This document shows positions 54,535-64,000 of a DNA stretch of 64,000 bases, in pieces. Within the stretch, counting starts at the first letter, position 1. Each line of letters starts with the position of its first letter. The notes under the pieces are model-generated. The model was not told the DNA's origin. It saw nothing but the letters and a program-made list of their open reading frames with translations, and made no database searches. A program made the translations under genes and the position numbers. Source of the DNA: Vulcanimicrobiota bacterium. GTDB taxonomy: Bacteria > Vulcanimicrobiota > Vulcanimicrobiia > Vulcanimicrobiales > Vulcanimicrobiaceae. Where the stretch lies: contig OY968762.1 of the NCBI GenBank assembly GCA_963695225.1, positions 416,001 to 480,000 of the forward strand, written 5' to 3'.

Positions 54535-54796
54535 GCGCGCGCCTGATGCGGGTTGGGGTTATCTTTCCGGGGCAGGGGTCGCAGTTTGTCGGCAGTGCTC
54601 GCAGGATGCGAGCCTTTGCCGACCCGCGCACGGAGGCGCGCGCCTGATGCGGGTTGGGGTTATCTTTCCGGGGCAGGGGTCGCAGTTTGTCGGCAGTGCT
54701 CGCAGGATGCGAGCCTTTGCCGACCCGCGCACGGAGGCGCGCGCCTGATGCGGGTTGGGGTTATTTTTCCGGGGCAGGGGTCGCAGTTTGTCGGCA
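54533..54796 (+). repeat. 101-bp tandem repeat (2.6 copies) duplicating the fabD 5' end
   Basis: Units start at 54533, 54634 and 54735; a 62-bp fabD start segment x3 plus a 39-bp hairpin-forming spacer x2. Confidence 0.95.
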
Positions 54797-55689
54797 TGGG
54801 CGGCGCGCTCGCGGAGCAGTCGCCGGCGGCGGCGGCGTTGTACGAGCGGGCGAACGAGATCGTCGGATACGATCTGCGGGGGATCGTCGAGCGCGGGCCG
54901 GAGGAGCTGCTGCGCGAGACGCACTACAGCCAGCCCGCGATCTTCCTCGTCAACTACGCGCTGTTCGCGGCGGTCGGTGACGCCTTGCGTCCCGTCGCCA
55001 GCGCGGCGCATTCGTTCGGTGAATACTGCAGCTTGACGGTCGCCGGGGCGCTCACGTTCGATGAGGCGCTGCGCCTCGTCAACGAGCGCAGCCTCGCGAT
55101 GCAGGCGGCCGCTGAGCAAGCCCCGGGCGCGATGTCCGCGGTCCTCGGCCTCGATACCGAACGGCTCCGCCGGGCGGTCGAGCGGGCCCGCAGCGAAGGG
55201 CGCGTGCAACTCGCGAACTTCAACTCGCCGGGGCAAATCGTGATCAGCGGCGACCGCGCCGCAGTGCGCCGGGCGGGCGAACTCGCGCTCGAAGCGGGGG
55301 CGAAACGCGTCGTCGCGCTCAACGTGTCGGGCGCCTGGCACAGCGAGTTGATGATCCCCGCGCGGAAGCGCTTCGCTCCGTTCGTCGAGGCGGCGCATTT
55401 CGAGCTGCCCTCGCTCACCGTGGTCTCGAACGTTGACGCGCAGCCGTATCGGGATGTGCCGGCGATGAAGCGGAATCTGATCCGCTCGGTGACGGACGAG
55501 GTGCTCTGGCACGAGACGTCGCTGCGCCTGCTTGAAGAAAGGCTCGATCTGGTCGTGGAATTCGGGGGTTCGCCCGTGCTCTGGCCGATGCTGAGGCGCC
55601 TGCCGGGCGCGCCGGAGGGTCTGCACGTCGGGGATTTCGACGCCGTCGAGCGGCTCGCGGCGAAGCTGGCCGCGAAGGCCGCCGTCTGA
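54748..55689 (+). CDS. fabD: Malonyl-CoA:ACP transacylase
   Basis: [43 protein letters not shown]. Confidence 0.95.
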   Translation: MRVGVIFPGQGSQFVGMGGALAEQSPAAAALYERANEIVGYDLRGIVERGPEELLRETHYSQPAIFLVNYALFAAVGDALRPVASAAHSFGEYCSLTVAGALTFDEALRLVNERSLAMQAAAEQAPGAMSAVLGLDTERLRRAVERARSEGRVQLANFNSPGQIVISGDRAAVRRAGELALEAGAKRVVALNVSGAWHSELMIPARKRFAPFVEAAHFELPSLTVVSNVDAQPYRDVPAMKRNLIRSVTDEVLWHETSLRLLEERLDLVVEFGGSPVLWPMLRRLPGAPEGLHVGDFDAVERLAAKLAAKAAV

Positions 55690-56429
55690 TGCCGAACCCC
55701 GTCGCGCTCGTCACCGGCGCGAGCCGCGGCATCGGCCGCGCGATCGCCGTCGATCTAGCCCGGCACGGCTGCGACGTCGCGATCGTCGCCCGCACCGAAG
55801 CCGCGCTCGCCGAAACCGCCGAGCTGATCGCGTCCGCCCGCCCGGGCGCGGAGGTCCTCCCGCTCGCGATCGACGTCACCGATCCCGCCGCCGTCGACGG
55901 CGCGGTCGCCGCTACGCTCAAGCGTTTCGGGCGGATCGATTCGGTCGTGGGGAACGCGGGCCAGGCCATCGACGCGCTGATCATGCGGACGAAGCCCGAG
56001 ACGGTCGACCGAATGCTCGACGTCAACCTGAAATCGGCGTTCTACCTCTGTTCCGCGGTCGCCCGCCCGATGATGAAGCAGCGCTCGGGTTCGATCGTGC
56101 TGATCTCGAGCATCGTCGGGATCAGCGGCAACGCGGGGCAGGCGGCATACGCGGCCTCGAAAGCCGGGCTGATCGCTCTCGCGAAGTCCGTAGCAAAGGA
56201 ATTGGGGTCACGGAACGTAAGAGTGAACGCCGTCGCGCCGGGCCTGATCGAGACGGCCATGACCGAGGCGATGCAGGCCGAAGCGCGAGATTACTACCTG
56301 AAGACGATTGCACTGGGACGAACGGGGACGCCGGAAGACGTCGCCGGTGTCGTCACGTTCTTATGTTCCGACGCCGCACGCTACGTCACCGGTCAAACGA
56401 TCGTGGTCGACGGCGGGTTCTTGATGTAA
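55689..56429 (+). CDS. fabG: 3-oxoacyl-ACP reductase
   Basis: [32 protein letters not shown]. Confidence 0.95.
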   Translation: MPNPVALVTGASRGIGRAIAVDLARHGCDVAIVARTEAALAETAELIASARPGAEVLPLAIDVTDPAAVDGAVAATLKRFGRIDSVVGNAGQAIDALIMRTKPETVDRMLDVNLKSAFYLCSAVARPMMKQRSGSIVLISSIVGISGNAGQAAYAASKAGLIALAKSVAKELGSRNVRVNAVAPGLIETAMTEAMQAEARDYYLKTIALGRTGTPEDVAGVVTFLCSDAARYVTGQTIVVDGGFLM

Positions 56430-56460
56430 ATGCCGCGCCTGCAAGCGCATGGGGAGATTC

Positions 56461-56703
56461 ATGGCGACCACGTTTGATCGAGTAAAGAAAATCATCGTCG
56501 AGCAGCTCGGAGTCGACGAAGCCGAAGTGACGCTGGAAGCGTCGATCACCGACGACTTGGGAGCGGACTCGCTCGATCAGGTCGAGCTCGTGATGGCGTT
56601 CGAGACCGAATTCAACATCGACATCCCGGACGAGGAAGCGGAGAAGATCAAGACCGTCGGCGACGCCGTCAAGAAGATCGACGAAACCGCTCCGAAGGCC
56701 TAG
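56461..56703 (+). CDS. acpP: Acyl carrier protein
   Basis: [17 protein letters not shown]...[14 protein letters not shown]. Confidence 0.97.
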   Translation: MATTFDRVKKIIVEQLGVDEAEVTLEASITDDLGADSLDQVELVMAFETEFNIDIPDEEAEKIKTVGDAVKKIDETAPKA

Positions 56704-56712
56704 AGCTTCGCT

Positions 56713-58047
56713 TTGCTCGAAGCCTTAGGCGAACGGCTCGGCGCGATCTTCGCGCGACTCGGAAACCGCGGCCGCCTGACGGAGGCCGACGTCAACGAGG
56801 TCGCGCGCGAGGTTCGCATCGCGTTGCTCGAAGCCGACGTCAACTTGTCCGTCGCGAAAGAATTCGTAGCGCGGATCAAGGAGAAGGCCGTCGGCGCCGA
56901 CGTGCTCGCGTCGCTGACGCCCGGCCAGTCCGTCATCAAGATCGTCCACGACGAGCTCGTATCGCTGATGGGCGGAGCGCAGGCGCGGCTGCAGTTCGCC
57001 GACGCTCCGCCGTCCGTGATCATGCTGGTCGGGTTGCAAGGCTCAGGGAAGACGACGCATGCGGGGAAGCTCGCGATGCGCCTCAAGGAACAAGGCCGCC
57101 GCTCGCTGCTCGTCGCCGCCGACATCTACCGGCCGGCGGCGATCGCGCAGTTGCAGACGCTCGGCAAGCAGATCGATTTGCCCGTGTGGACCGAGGCGTC
57201 GCGCAACGCCGTCGCCATCGCCGAGCACGGCGTCGCCGAAGCGCGGCGGCTCGGCATCTCGACCGTCATCATCGATACGGCGGGCCGGCTGCAGATCGAC
57301 GAAGCGCTCATGGAAGAACTCGAGCGCATCAAGCGCGCGACGAAGCCGAAGGAGATCCTGTTCGTCGCCGATGCGATGACCGGGCAAGAGGCGACGAACG
57401 TCGCCAAGGGCTTCAACGATCGGCTCGGGATCACGGGCGTCATCCTCACGAAGATGGACGGCGATACGCGCGGCGGCGCGGCGCTCTCGATCTTCCAGGT
57501 GACGGGCGCGCCGATCAAGTTCGTCGGCGTCGGCGAGAAGCTCTCGGCGCTCGAGGCGTTCTACCCGGACCGGCTCGCCTCGCGGATCCTCGGCATGGGC
57601 GACGTCCTCACGTTGATCGAGAAGACGCAGAGCGTCTACTCCGAGCAGCAAGCCAAGGACCTCGAGGAGAAGCTTCGCAAGAACGATTTCACGCTGGACG
57701 ATTTCCTCGAGCAGCTCCGTCAAGTTCGCAAGATGGGGCCCATGAAGGATCTCCTGAAAATGATTCCGGGCCTCGCGCGGGCCTTGCCCGCCGACGTCGA
57801 ACTCCCCGAGAGCGACGTAGCCCGGGTCGAAGCGATCATCTGCTCGATGACGCGCCACGAACGCCGCCGCCCGGATATCCTGAACGCTTCGCGTCGCAAG
57901 CGCATCGCCGTCGGAAGCGGGACGCAAGTCGCCGACGTCAACCGCCTCGTCAAGCAGTTCGAGGCCTCCCGCCAGATGATGAAACAGTTCGGCGGAAACA
58001 AGAAGAAGATTCCCAAGATGCTCGGGCGTCTGGGTAGCGGCAAGTAG
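56713..58047 (+). CDS. ffh: Signal recognition particle protein
   Basis: LLEADV, GLQGSGKTT, DTAGR, TKMDGD.RGG, RILGMGD, M domain. Confidence 0.97.
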   Translation: MLEALGERLGAIFARLGNRGRLTEADVNEVAREVRIALLEADVNLSVAKEFVARIKEKAVGADVLASLTPGQSVIKIVHDELVSLMGGAQARLQFADAPPSVIMLVGLQGSGKTTHAGKLAMRLKEQGRRSLLVAADIYRPAAIAQLQTLGKQIDLPVWTEASRNAVAIAEHGVAEARRLGISTVIIDTAGRLQIDEALMEELERIKRATKPKEILFVADAMTGQEATNVAKGFNDRLGITGVILTKMDGDTRGGAALSIFQVTGAPIKFVGVGEKLSALEAFYPDRLASRILGMGDVLTLIEKTQSVYSEQQAKDLEEKLRKNDFTLDDFLEQLRQVRKMGPMKDLLKMIPGLARALPADVELPESDVARVEAIICSMTRHERRRPDILNASRRKRIAVGSGTQVADVNRLVKQFEASRQMMKQFGGNKKKIPKMLGRLGSGK

Positions 58048-58103
58048 CCGCACGCCGGCGCATCCGCGCCGAACATCGATAAGAAAGAGAACGAGAAGAA
58101 CTC

Positions 58104-58397
58104 ATGGTCAAGATTCGCCTGCGCCGCACCGGCGCCAAGAAACAACCGACGTACCGTTTCGTCGTCGCCGACGTGCGCTCGCCGCGCGACGGGCGCTTCA
58201 TCGAGATCCTCGGGCACTACAACCCGCGTACCGAACCCAAGACCGTCGTCTTCGACGAAGAAAAGGCGAAGGCGTGGCTCGCGAAGGGCGCGCAGCCCAG
58301 CGATACCGTGCGCCGCCTGTTCGCAGAGAAGGGCGTCATGGAGCGCGGTCCCGTGCCGACGACGAAGCGGAAGCCGAAGAACTCGAAGGGCGAGTAG
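58104..58397 (+). CDS. rpsP: 30S ribosomal protein S16
   Basis: [36 protein letters not shown]. Confidence 0.98.
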   Translation: MVKIRLRRTGAKKQPTYRFVVADVRSPRDGRFIEILGHYNPRTEPKTVVFDEEKAKAWLAKGAQPSDTVRRLFAEKGVMERGPVPTTKRKPKNSKGE

Positions 58398-58400
58398 CCG

Positions 58401-58994
58401 ATGAGCGCGTTCGACGACGAATTCGGACTGTTCGGAGACGAAGGGCCGAGCGAGGACGAGCGCCGCTCGACCCTCGGGGCGCGCAAGATCGATAGCGGCG
58501 ATTCGAACCACGACGAGATCGAGTTCGAGGATGCCCGGCCGCGCCGCCGCACGCCCGGCGCGACGAGCCCCGTATCGACGGGCTCTGCTCCGGCGGGCGG
58601 CGGGCCGCGCAACGGCGTCGCCCGGAGGCGGCGCGAGGCCGAGGGGACGCGCGAGCAGCTTCCGGCGGAGATCGCGCACCCACGCGCGACCGAACTGCTG
58701 ACGTTCCTCGCGAAGAAACTCGTGAGCAACCCGGACGCGGTCGCCGTCGAACTCCATGCGGATCGCGGCGGCGCCGTCCTGGAATTGGAAGTCGATCCCG
58801 AAGACCTCGGCAAGGTGATCGGGCGCGGCGGCCGGGTCGCCCAAGCGCTCCGGACGCTCGTGCGCGCGGGCGCGCAGGGCCGCGTCACGGTCGACATCAT
58901 CGACGTCGACGAGGCGGACGACGAAGAAGAAGCCGAGGACGAGGAAGCCGCGCCGCAAGAATCGCCCGCTCCGGCTGCCGCCCCGGAAGATTGA
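58401..58994 (+). CDS. khpA: KH-domain RNA-binding protein KhpA with long extensions
   Basis: LAKKLVSNPDAV.V...V.PEDLGKVIGRGGRVAQALRTLV; lies between rpsP and rimM. Confidence 0.88.
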   Translation: MSAFDDEFGLFGDEGPSEDERRSTLGARKIDSGDSNHDEIEFEDARPRRRTPGATSPVSTGSAPAGGGPRNGVARRRREAEGTREQLPAEIAHPRATELLTFLAKKLVSNPDAVAVELHADRGGAVLELEVDPEDLGKVIGRGGRVAQALRTLVRAGAQGRVTVDIIDVDEADDEEEAEDEEAAPQESPAPAAAPED

Positions 58995-58997
58995 CGC

Positions 58998-59522
58998 ATG
59001 CCCTCCGCTCGAGTCGCAGTCGCCCGCCTGGCGGGCGTCTTCGGCGTTCGCGGGGAGCTCAAGTGCAAACCGGCGGCCTACGGAGACGGCGTGCTCGCCG
59101 CCGGCCGCCGGTATTTCACCTCGGCCGACCCCGCCGTCGCTACCGCCCTCGAGTTGGCGACTGTCCGGCGGCATCACGAGCGTTCGATCGTGACCGTCGC
59201 GGGCGTCGAGTCGCCCGAAGCGGCGCGCAAGCTCGTCGGCACCGAATTGTTCCTAGAACGAGGAGAAATCGAACTGGGCGCGGACGAGTTTTTCGACGCC
59301 GATCTCGTGGGGCTGCGACTGCTCGACGATACGGGGCGCGAGCGCGGTACCGTCGTGCGCGTCGAGCACTACCCGGCGCAAGATTGCCTGGTCGTCTCCC
59401 CGCGTGAAGCCCTCGTTCCGCTCGTGCGAGCATTCGCGCCGAAGATCGATCTTGTGGCGCGAACGATCGTCATGACGCTTCCCCCCGGCCTGCTCGACCC
59501 GAGCGAGGGGGAGGAAGCCTAG
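58998..59522 (+). CDS. rimM: Ribosome maturation factor RimM
   Basis: FGVRGELK, EFFDADLVGL, LVPLV..F...IDL. Confidence 0.93.
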   Translation: MPSARVAVARLAGVFGVRGELKCKPAAYGDGVLAAGRRYFTSADPAVATALELATVRRHHERSIVTVAGVESPEAARKLVGTELFLERGEIELGADEFFDADLVGLRLLDDTGRERGTVVRVEHYPAQDCLVVSPREALVPLVRAFAPKIDLVARTIVMTLPPGLLDPSEGEEA

Positions 59523-59534
59523 GCGCCCTCCGCC

Positions 59535-60560
59535 TCAGCGACGCCCGCGCGATCCTTTCGGGAGCACCGCGTCGAGCGCTTCGTCGACGGCCCCGTCGAG
59601 GGCGAGATCGTCCGCGGTGCGCCCGATCGAGCGATGTTCGGCGTGCTTCTTGGCGACGATGTTTCCGTCGCAATCGAAGACGATCAAATCGAACTTCGCT
59701 TGAGCGTACGGCGAGAACCCAGGATCGATGCGCGTCAGTGCGATCGAACCGCCGAAGACGCGCGCGTCCGGACGCAGCGGCGTGACCTTGCAGATCTGCG
59801 CCCCCTGAACCATGAAATCGGTCGTGACGACATCGAGAGACGTCGGCGCCTTGAGGCGTCTCGTCAGTTGTTGCGTCAGTTCGCTATCGGCCCGGGCGAG
59901 CGCAGCTTGGTCCGACGGGGGGCCGCCGACGTGCAGGACGGCGATCTCGACGTCCGCCAAGGACGTTATCGAACTCGGCGGGGGCGTGCCGGCCTGTCCG
60001 GGGGCGGCGGCCTGGCCCGTCGCGTTATGTTGGAAAAGCGGGCCGAGGTTCGCTGCGTTGTGTTGCGCGGCGGGCTGTGTCGTGGGCGGTGCCGGCGGCG
60101 GCGTCGTATCGATTGCGGCGGTGTAACGCCCGGCGTGCCGCAGGATGGCGGTGCGGATCAGATCGGCCTGCGCGCTCGCTTCGTTGTACGAGTTCACCTG
60201 GACGGTGTCGCTCCAGACCTGGATTCCGCTGTGCGTGCTCACGACCTGATTGATCAACGTCACCGCGTCGCCGAGCGGCGAGACGTACCCCGTGACGTAG
60301 TAGTCCGCACCCGCCTCGAGCGCTGCGTCGAGGTAGTGCTTGCGCTCCGTGCCGGGGGCGGGCGGCTTCACCGTCACACCCCCGAGCGCGCTTAAGCGGC
60401 TCGCATAGATGACGCTCACTTTACCGCCCGCTTGCGGATCGGCGGTCCCCGCGACGGTCAACGGATAGATGACGACGACGGGAGCGCTTTGCGCGCTTGC
60501 CGGGGCCGAGAGCGCTACGCCGAGCGCGCAGAGCGCGGCGAGTGCGAAGAATTGTCTCAT
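59535..60560 (-). CDS. Secreted hypothetical protein with two alpha/beta domains
   Basis: Start MRQFFALAALC signal peptide; Pro-rich linker; first domain resembles TolB-N/CsgG-like folds. Confidence 0.6.
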   Translation of the reverse strand: MRQFFALAALCALGVALSAPASAQSAPVVVIYPLTVAGTADPQAGGKVSVIYASRLSALGGVTVKPPAPGTERKHYLDAALEAGADYYVTGYVSPLGDAVTLINQVVSTHSGIQVWSDTVQVNSYNEASAQADLIRTAILRHAGRYTAAIDTTPPPAPPTTQPAAQHNAANLGPLFQHNATGQAAAPGQAGTPPPSSITSLADVEIAVLHVGGPPSDQAALARADSELTQQLTRRLKAPTSLDVVTTDFMVQGAQICKVTPLRPDARVFGGSIALTRIDPGFSPYAQAKFDLIVFDCDGNIVAKKHAEHRSIGRTADDLALDGAVDEALDAVLPKGSRGRR

Positions 60561-61411
60561 GCGGAGCGTCTTTCTGATGATGAAGGCAGATTCGTGTGAG
60601 CGGGCATCCAGCGGGCCCACTGTGCGCTTACGAGTGCGCCGTAAAGGAAGATGATTCCCATGTAGTAGAGCCAGAGCAGCAGGATCGCGAGCGCGGAGAG
60701 CGCCCCGTAGACCCGCATGAAATTCACGTGCGTCGAGTAGACGGCGAACGCGATCTGCGCGATTTCCCAGGCGACGGCCGTGACGAGGGCGCCGGGGATG
60801 CCGAACCACCACGGCATGCGATCGTTCGGCAGATACGTGTAGAGGATTGCGGCGAGCAGGAAGATCACCACGAACCCGGTGCCGTAGCTGATGAGCTGCG
60901 AAGCGACGATCGATTCGCGGAACCCGCCGAATCGGACCGCGAACGAGACGATCAGCGGCACGGTCGTAGCGGCGAGCAAGAGGGCGCCCAACACCGGGAG
61001 CATGATCAGAGCGACGACGATGTCCTTGAGCAGCGGGCGCCCTTCCGGGATGCCGAGCGCTCGATTGAGCGCGTAGGCGAGCCCCATGAACAGGTTCTTC
61101 GCCGACCAAGCCAGCACGGCCAGACCGACGATTCCGGAGATGATGCCCGGGAAGCCGTGCGAGCCGGCGAGTTGCGAGATGTTGTCCGCGACGATCTCCT
61201 GGACGCCGGGTGCCAGCGTCGCAGCGAGTTCGAGGCCGCGCTCTTCACCCGATTGCGTGCCGTAGACGTAGGCGAGGATGCCGATCGCGATTAAGACGAG
61301 CGGGAAGATGGCAAAGAGCGCGTTGAAGGCGATCGCTTGCGCGAGGACGGCGCACCCGTCTTGCGAGAACCGGCGCGCGGCGCCGCGGAACACGTCGATC
61401 AGGCGCCGCAT
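60557..61411 (-). CDS. YihY/BrkB family membrane protein
   Basis: A.AIAFNALFAIFP, LYTYLP, YGALSA..ILLLWLY. Confidence 0.9.
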   Translation of the reverse strand: MRRLIDVFRGAARRFSQDGCAVLAQAIAFNALFAIFPLVLIAIGILAYVYGTQSGEERGLELAATLAPGVQEIVADNISQLAGSHGFPGIISGIVGLAVLAWSAKNLFMGLAYALNRALGIPEGRPLLKDIVVALIMLPVLGALLLAATTVPLIVSFAVRFGGFRESIVASQLISYGTGFVVIFLLAAILYTYLPNDRMPWWFGIPGALVTAVAWEIAQIAFAVYSTHVNFMRVYGALSALAILLLWLYYMGIIFLYGALVSAQWARWMPAHTNLPSSSERRSA

Positions 61412-61423
61412 GGCCGGCCCAGC

Positions 61424-61951
61424 GTGCTCGTAGCGGTCCTCGTCACGGTGCTCCTCGACGGGCGGCCGGTCGAAGCGTCGACCCCGGCCGTGCTGGCAGG
61501 CGGGACGATCGTTGCTCCGCTCGATCCCTTCGTGCGACGGCTTGCCCGCCGGATCGAGTACGATCCGTCGAACCGTTCGATTCTCATCGTCGGCGATGGT
61601 CGCACGGCCCGGCTCGCGATCGGAGATCGCGTGCTACGGGGGGACGAACGACCCGAGGGGCTCCCCATCGCCCCATTCCTCCGCGACGGGCAGCCCCAAA
61701 TCCCGCTCGCCGCGGTCGCGCGCGCGCTCGGCGCGACCGTCAGTTACGATGCTCGCTCACACACGCTCGAGATCATCGAAGCGCCGCCGCCCGAACTCGC
61801 GAGCCCCCTTCCCCAAAGCGTCCCGCCCGGCATTCCGCGCGCCACGTTCACGCCGCAGCCGGTCTCCACGCCGCGCCCGCTCGTCACCGGCGTGCCGCAG
61901 GTGCGCCGCACGCCGGTTTGGGAGAGGCCTTCGTTACCGGTTGCGCGCTAG
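61424..61951 (+). CDS. Copper amine oxidase N-terminal domain protein
   Basis: V.LDGRPV...P.L.GG...PL...APFLRDG...IPL.AVA.ALGATVSYD; start uncertain. Confidence 0.75.
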   Translation: MLVAVLVTVLLDGRPVEASTPAVLAGGTIVAPLDPFVRRLARRIEYDPSNRSILIVGDGRTARLAIGDRVLRGDERPEGLPIAPFLRDGQPQIPLAAVARALGATVSYDARSHTLEIIEAPPPELASPLPQSVPPGIPRATFTPQPVSTPRPLVTGVPQVRRTPVWERPSLPVAR

Positions 61952-61967
61952 CGCTCCGGCTTTCGCT

Positions 61968-62663
61968 CTAGGCCGGTGTCGGTGAGGGCTCGGGCTCGAT
62001 CGCCGGGAGGACGGGATCCTCGATCAAGGACTTCAGCTTGAGCAGCATCTTGCGCTGCATGATGAAGTGGATGAGGTCGAGCCCTGGGACGGGCGGCATG
62101 TGCGGCCCGAGCCTCCAGCGCGCGATCACGCGCGTCTGGTACTGGTCGACCGGGACGAGCGTGAACGACCAGGTTCCGTGCAGCGCGATCCCGCCGGCCT
62201 GGACGTTCGCCCAATCCCCTGGCGCCACGAGCACGAGGGCGCGCTGCGGCTCGTACACGGCGACGACTTGCGCCGAGACCTCGTCGGCGAGGCCCGGCGG
62301 GGCGAGGGGGAGCGTCTCCCCGACCTTGCGCTCCACTTGGAACTCGGGGACGATCCGCTCGACGTTGGGCATTTGAGCCCCGACCAGGTTCTCGAGGACC
62401 GTGTAGCTGTAGAAGCCCGCGCGGTCTTGCCCGAGCTGCACGAACCAAGGCCAGATCACAGCCGGCGTCGCCGCGATCGTCACGGCGTGGGTCGCGTGGT
62501 ACATCGCGTCCTTGGAGAGGTCGTCGCCGGGATAGAATGCGGCGAGTTCCTCGTCCGTGGCGCCCCAACGGGAGTAAACCGGTTGCAGCAGGTTGCGCGC
62601 GACGGCGAGTCCGGCAACGGCGATACCCAGCGTCGCTCCGCCCTTAACGAGTTTCTTCAACAT
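61968..62663 (-). CDS. Hypothetical protein (SRPBCC-like)
   Basis: WGATDEE...PGDD...T.AVTI.A.P..IWPW.VQLGQDRAGFYSY..LENL. Confidence 0.7.
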   Translation of the reverse strand: MLKKLVKGGATLGIAVAGLAVARNLLQPVYSRWGATDEELAAFYPGDDLSKDAMYHATHAVTIAATPAVIWPWFVQLGQDRAGFYSYTVLENLVGAQMPNVERIVPEFQVERKVGETLPLAPPGLADEVSAQVVAVYEPQRALVLVAPGDWANVQAGGIALHGTWSFTLVPVDQYQTRVIARWRLGPHMPPVPGLDLIHFIMQRKMLLKLKSLIEDPVLPAIEPEPSPTPA

Positions 62664-62775
62664 GGGTCCCAGGATCGAACCTCCGTGTGAACGCCGCGTG
62701 AAGTCGAGCGGACCCGCGCACTTGCGCGCGCGGGTCGGGTAGTTGCGGCGCGGTCGCGAGGCGAATGGGGCCGTA

Positions 62776-64000
62776 ATGGAATGGCTGCGCTTTGCTGCAC
62801 TCGAGCGTCACTACGGGGCGCGCACCGTGTTTTCCGACCTCTCCGGCGTTCTCTCCGACGGCGCCAGGGTCGGGTTGATCGGGCCGAACGGCGCTGGGAA
62901 ATCATCGCTCGTGAGGCTGCTGGCGGGGATCGACGAGCCGGAGGGCGGGACGATCGTGCGCGCCCGCGGGGCGCGCATGGGGTATCTCTCGCAGGAAAGC
63001 GTCGAGGATGCGACCGCGACGCTGCGCGAGCTCTTGAACGCGGCTTTCGCGCGGATGCACGAGGAAGAGGCCCGGCTGAGAGCGCTCGAGGCGGAGTTGA
63101 GCGTCGCGGCCGAGCGCGGCGACGAGGCGCGGCAAGCCGCGTTGCTCGAGCGGTACGGCGACGCGCTGGAAGCTTTCGAACGGCACGGCGGCGAGTCGAT
63201 CGAGCGGAAGATGACTGCGATGATCGGCGCGTTCGGCTTCGCGGCGGCCGATCTCGAGCGGCCGCTCGGAGCGTTCTCCGGCGGTCAGCGCACGCGTGCG
63301 GCGCTCGCGCGGATGCTGCTCGAAGAACCGGATTACCTGATCCTCGACGAGCCGACGAACCATCTCGACATCGCGACCGTGCGCTGGCTCGAGGACTTCC
63401 TGGTCAACGACCGGCGCGCGTGCCTGATCGTCTCGCACGATCGCCTCTTCCTCGATCGCGTCGTGACGGAAGTGTGGGAACTCGAACGCGGGAGGCTGGA
63501 CGCGTACCGTTGCGCGGCGGGGCGCGCCTACGAAGATTTCCTCGCGCAGAAGGCGGAGCGTCTGGAGCAGGCCCGCCGCGACTACGAGGCGTCGCTCGCC
63601 GAAGAGGCGCGCGCGCGCGCCGCGATTGCGGAATTGCGCACGCACGGCTCGCACAATTACTCGCACGTGCGCAGCCGCGAGAAGAAGTTCGCCAAGCTCG
63701 AGCGCGTCGAGGCGCCCGTCGCGCCGCGCAAGCGGATCTCGATCGAGCTCGATGCCGCGCGGCGCGCGACGAAGGGGATCGCGCTGCGCCTCTCGCGCGT
63801 GACGAAGCGCTACGAAAAGCCGCTCTTCGCGCAGCTCTCGATCGAGGTGGGGCGGGGCGAGCGCATCGCGATCGTCGGCGAGAACGGGAGCGGGAAATCG
63901 ACGCTGCTCAAGATCGTCGCGGGGAGCGTGCGAGCCGACGAAGGAACCGTGCGCGTGAGCGAGGGCGTGAAGGTCGCGTACTTCTCGCAGGATTCCGATG
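62776..64000 (+). CDS. ABC-F family ATP-binding protein (partial, runs off window end)
   Basis: Manual translation MEWLRF...GPNGAGKSS, FSGGQRTR, LILDEPTNHLD, VSHDR.FLD and a second Walker A GENGSGKST. Confidence 0.92.
   Translation, partial: MEWLRFAALERHYGARTVFSDLSGVLSDGARVGLIGPNGAGKSSLVRLLAGIDEPEGGTIVRARGARMGYLSQESVEDATATLRELLNAAFARMHEEEARLRALEAELSVAAERGDEARQAALLERYGDALEAFERHGGESIERKMTAMIGAFGFAAADLERPLGAFSGGQRTRAALARMLLEEPDYLILDEPTNHLDIATVRWLEDFLVNDRRACLIVSHDRLFLDRVVTEVWELERGRLDAYRCAAGRAYEDFLAQKAERLEQARRDYEASLAEEARARAAIAELRTHGSHNYSHVRSREKKFAKLERVEAPVAPRKRISIELDAARRATKGIALRLSRVTKRYEKPLFAQLSIEVGRGERIAIVGENGSGKSTLLKIVAGSVRADEGTVRVSEGVKVAYFSQDSD

Noticed and set aside
54553..54747. N-terminally extended FabD (378 aa ORF call)
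   Set aside because: The extension is an out-of-frame read of the tandem repeat; the conserved FabD start [11 protein letters not shown] with an SD is at 54748
54533..54796. CRISPR-like repeat/spacer appearance
   Set aside because: The spacers are identical, the repeat is 62 bp of fabD-start sequence, and there are no cas genes in the window

Overview
GC-rich bacterial chromosome segment. A diderm envelope is implied by a secretin, and the rRNA and gene repertoire suggest Eremiobacterota/Vulcanimicrobiota (WPS-2); this is an inference, not a database result. In order, the window holds: a partial lhgO and pruA; a complete 16S-23S-5S rRNA operon with a tRNA-less spacer; a 10 kb minus-strand type IV pilus operon (pilB, pilT, pilC, an embedded SigB/F-type sigma factor, pilin, a CcdA-like protein, a TPR protein, prepilin peptidase, pilM/N/O/P, secretin) followed by an XRE-like regulator and a two-component system; transsulfuration genes, glxK and yvcK-rapZ; RNase P RNA and two tRNA-Ala genes. 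Next is a ~17 kb accessory stress-type region lying between tRNA-Ala(TGC) and tRNA-Ile(GAT), with hydrolases, regulators, a triplicated helical-protein/DUF1269 module whose middle copy is fused, katG and mgtA. The rest comprises an anti-sigma factor, a lytic transglycosylase with two paralogous coiled-coil proteins, Hsp20, yceD-rpmF-fabH-fabD-fabG-acpP, ffh-rpsP-khpA-rimM and a partial ABC-F gene. The most notable oddities are: (1) a 101-bp tandem repeat that builds a chain of translationally coupled hairpin-containing mini-ORFs in front of fabD; (2) the triplicated helical/glycine-zipper module with a conserved operator; (3) the transglycosylase plus paralogous coiled-coil operon; (4) the sigma factor, CcdA-like and degenerate-GGDEF kinase genes associated with the pilus locus. 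Many start codons were re-called by hand and are approximate.
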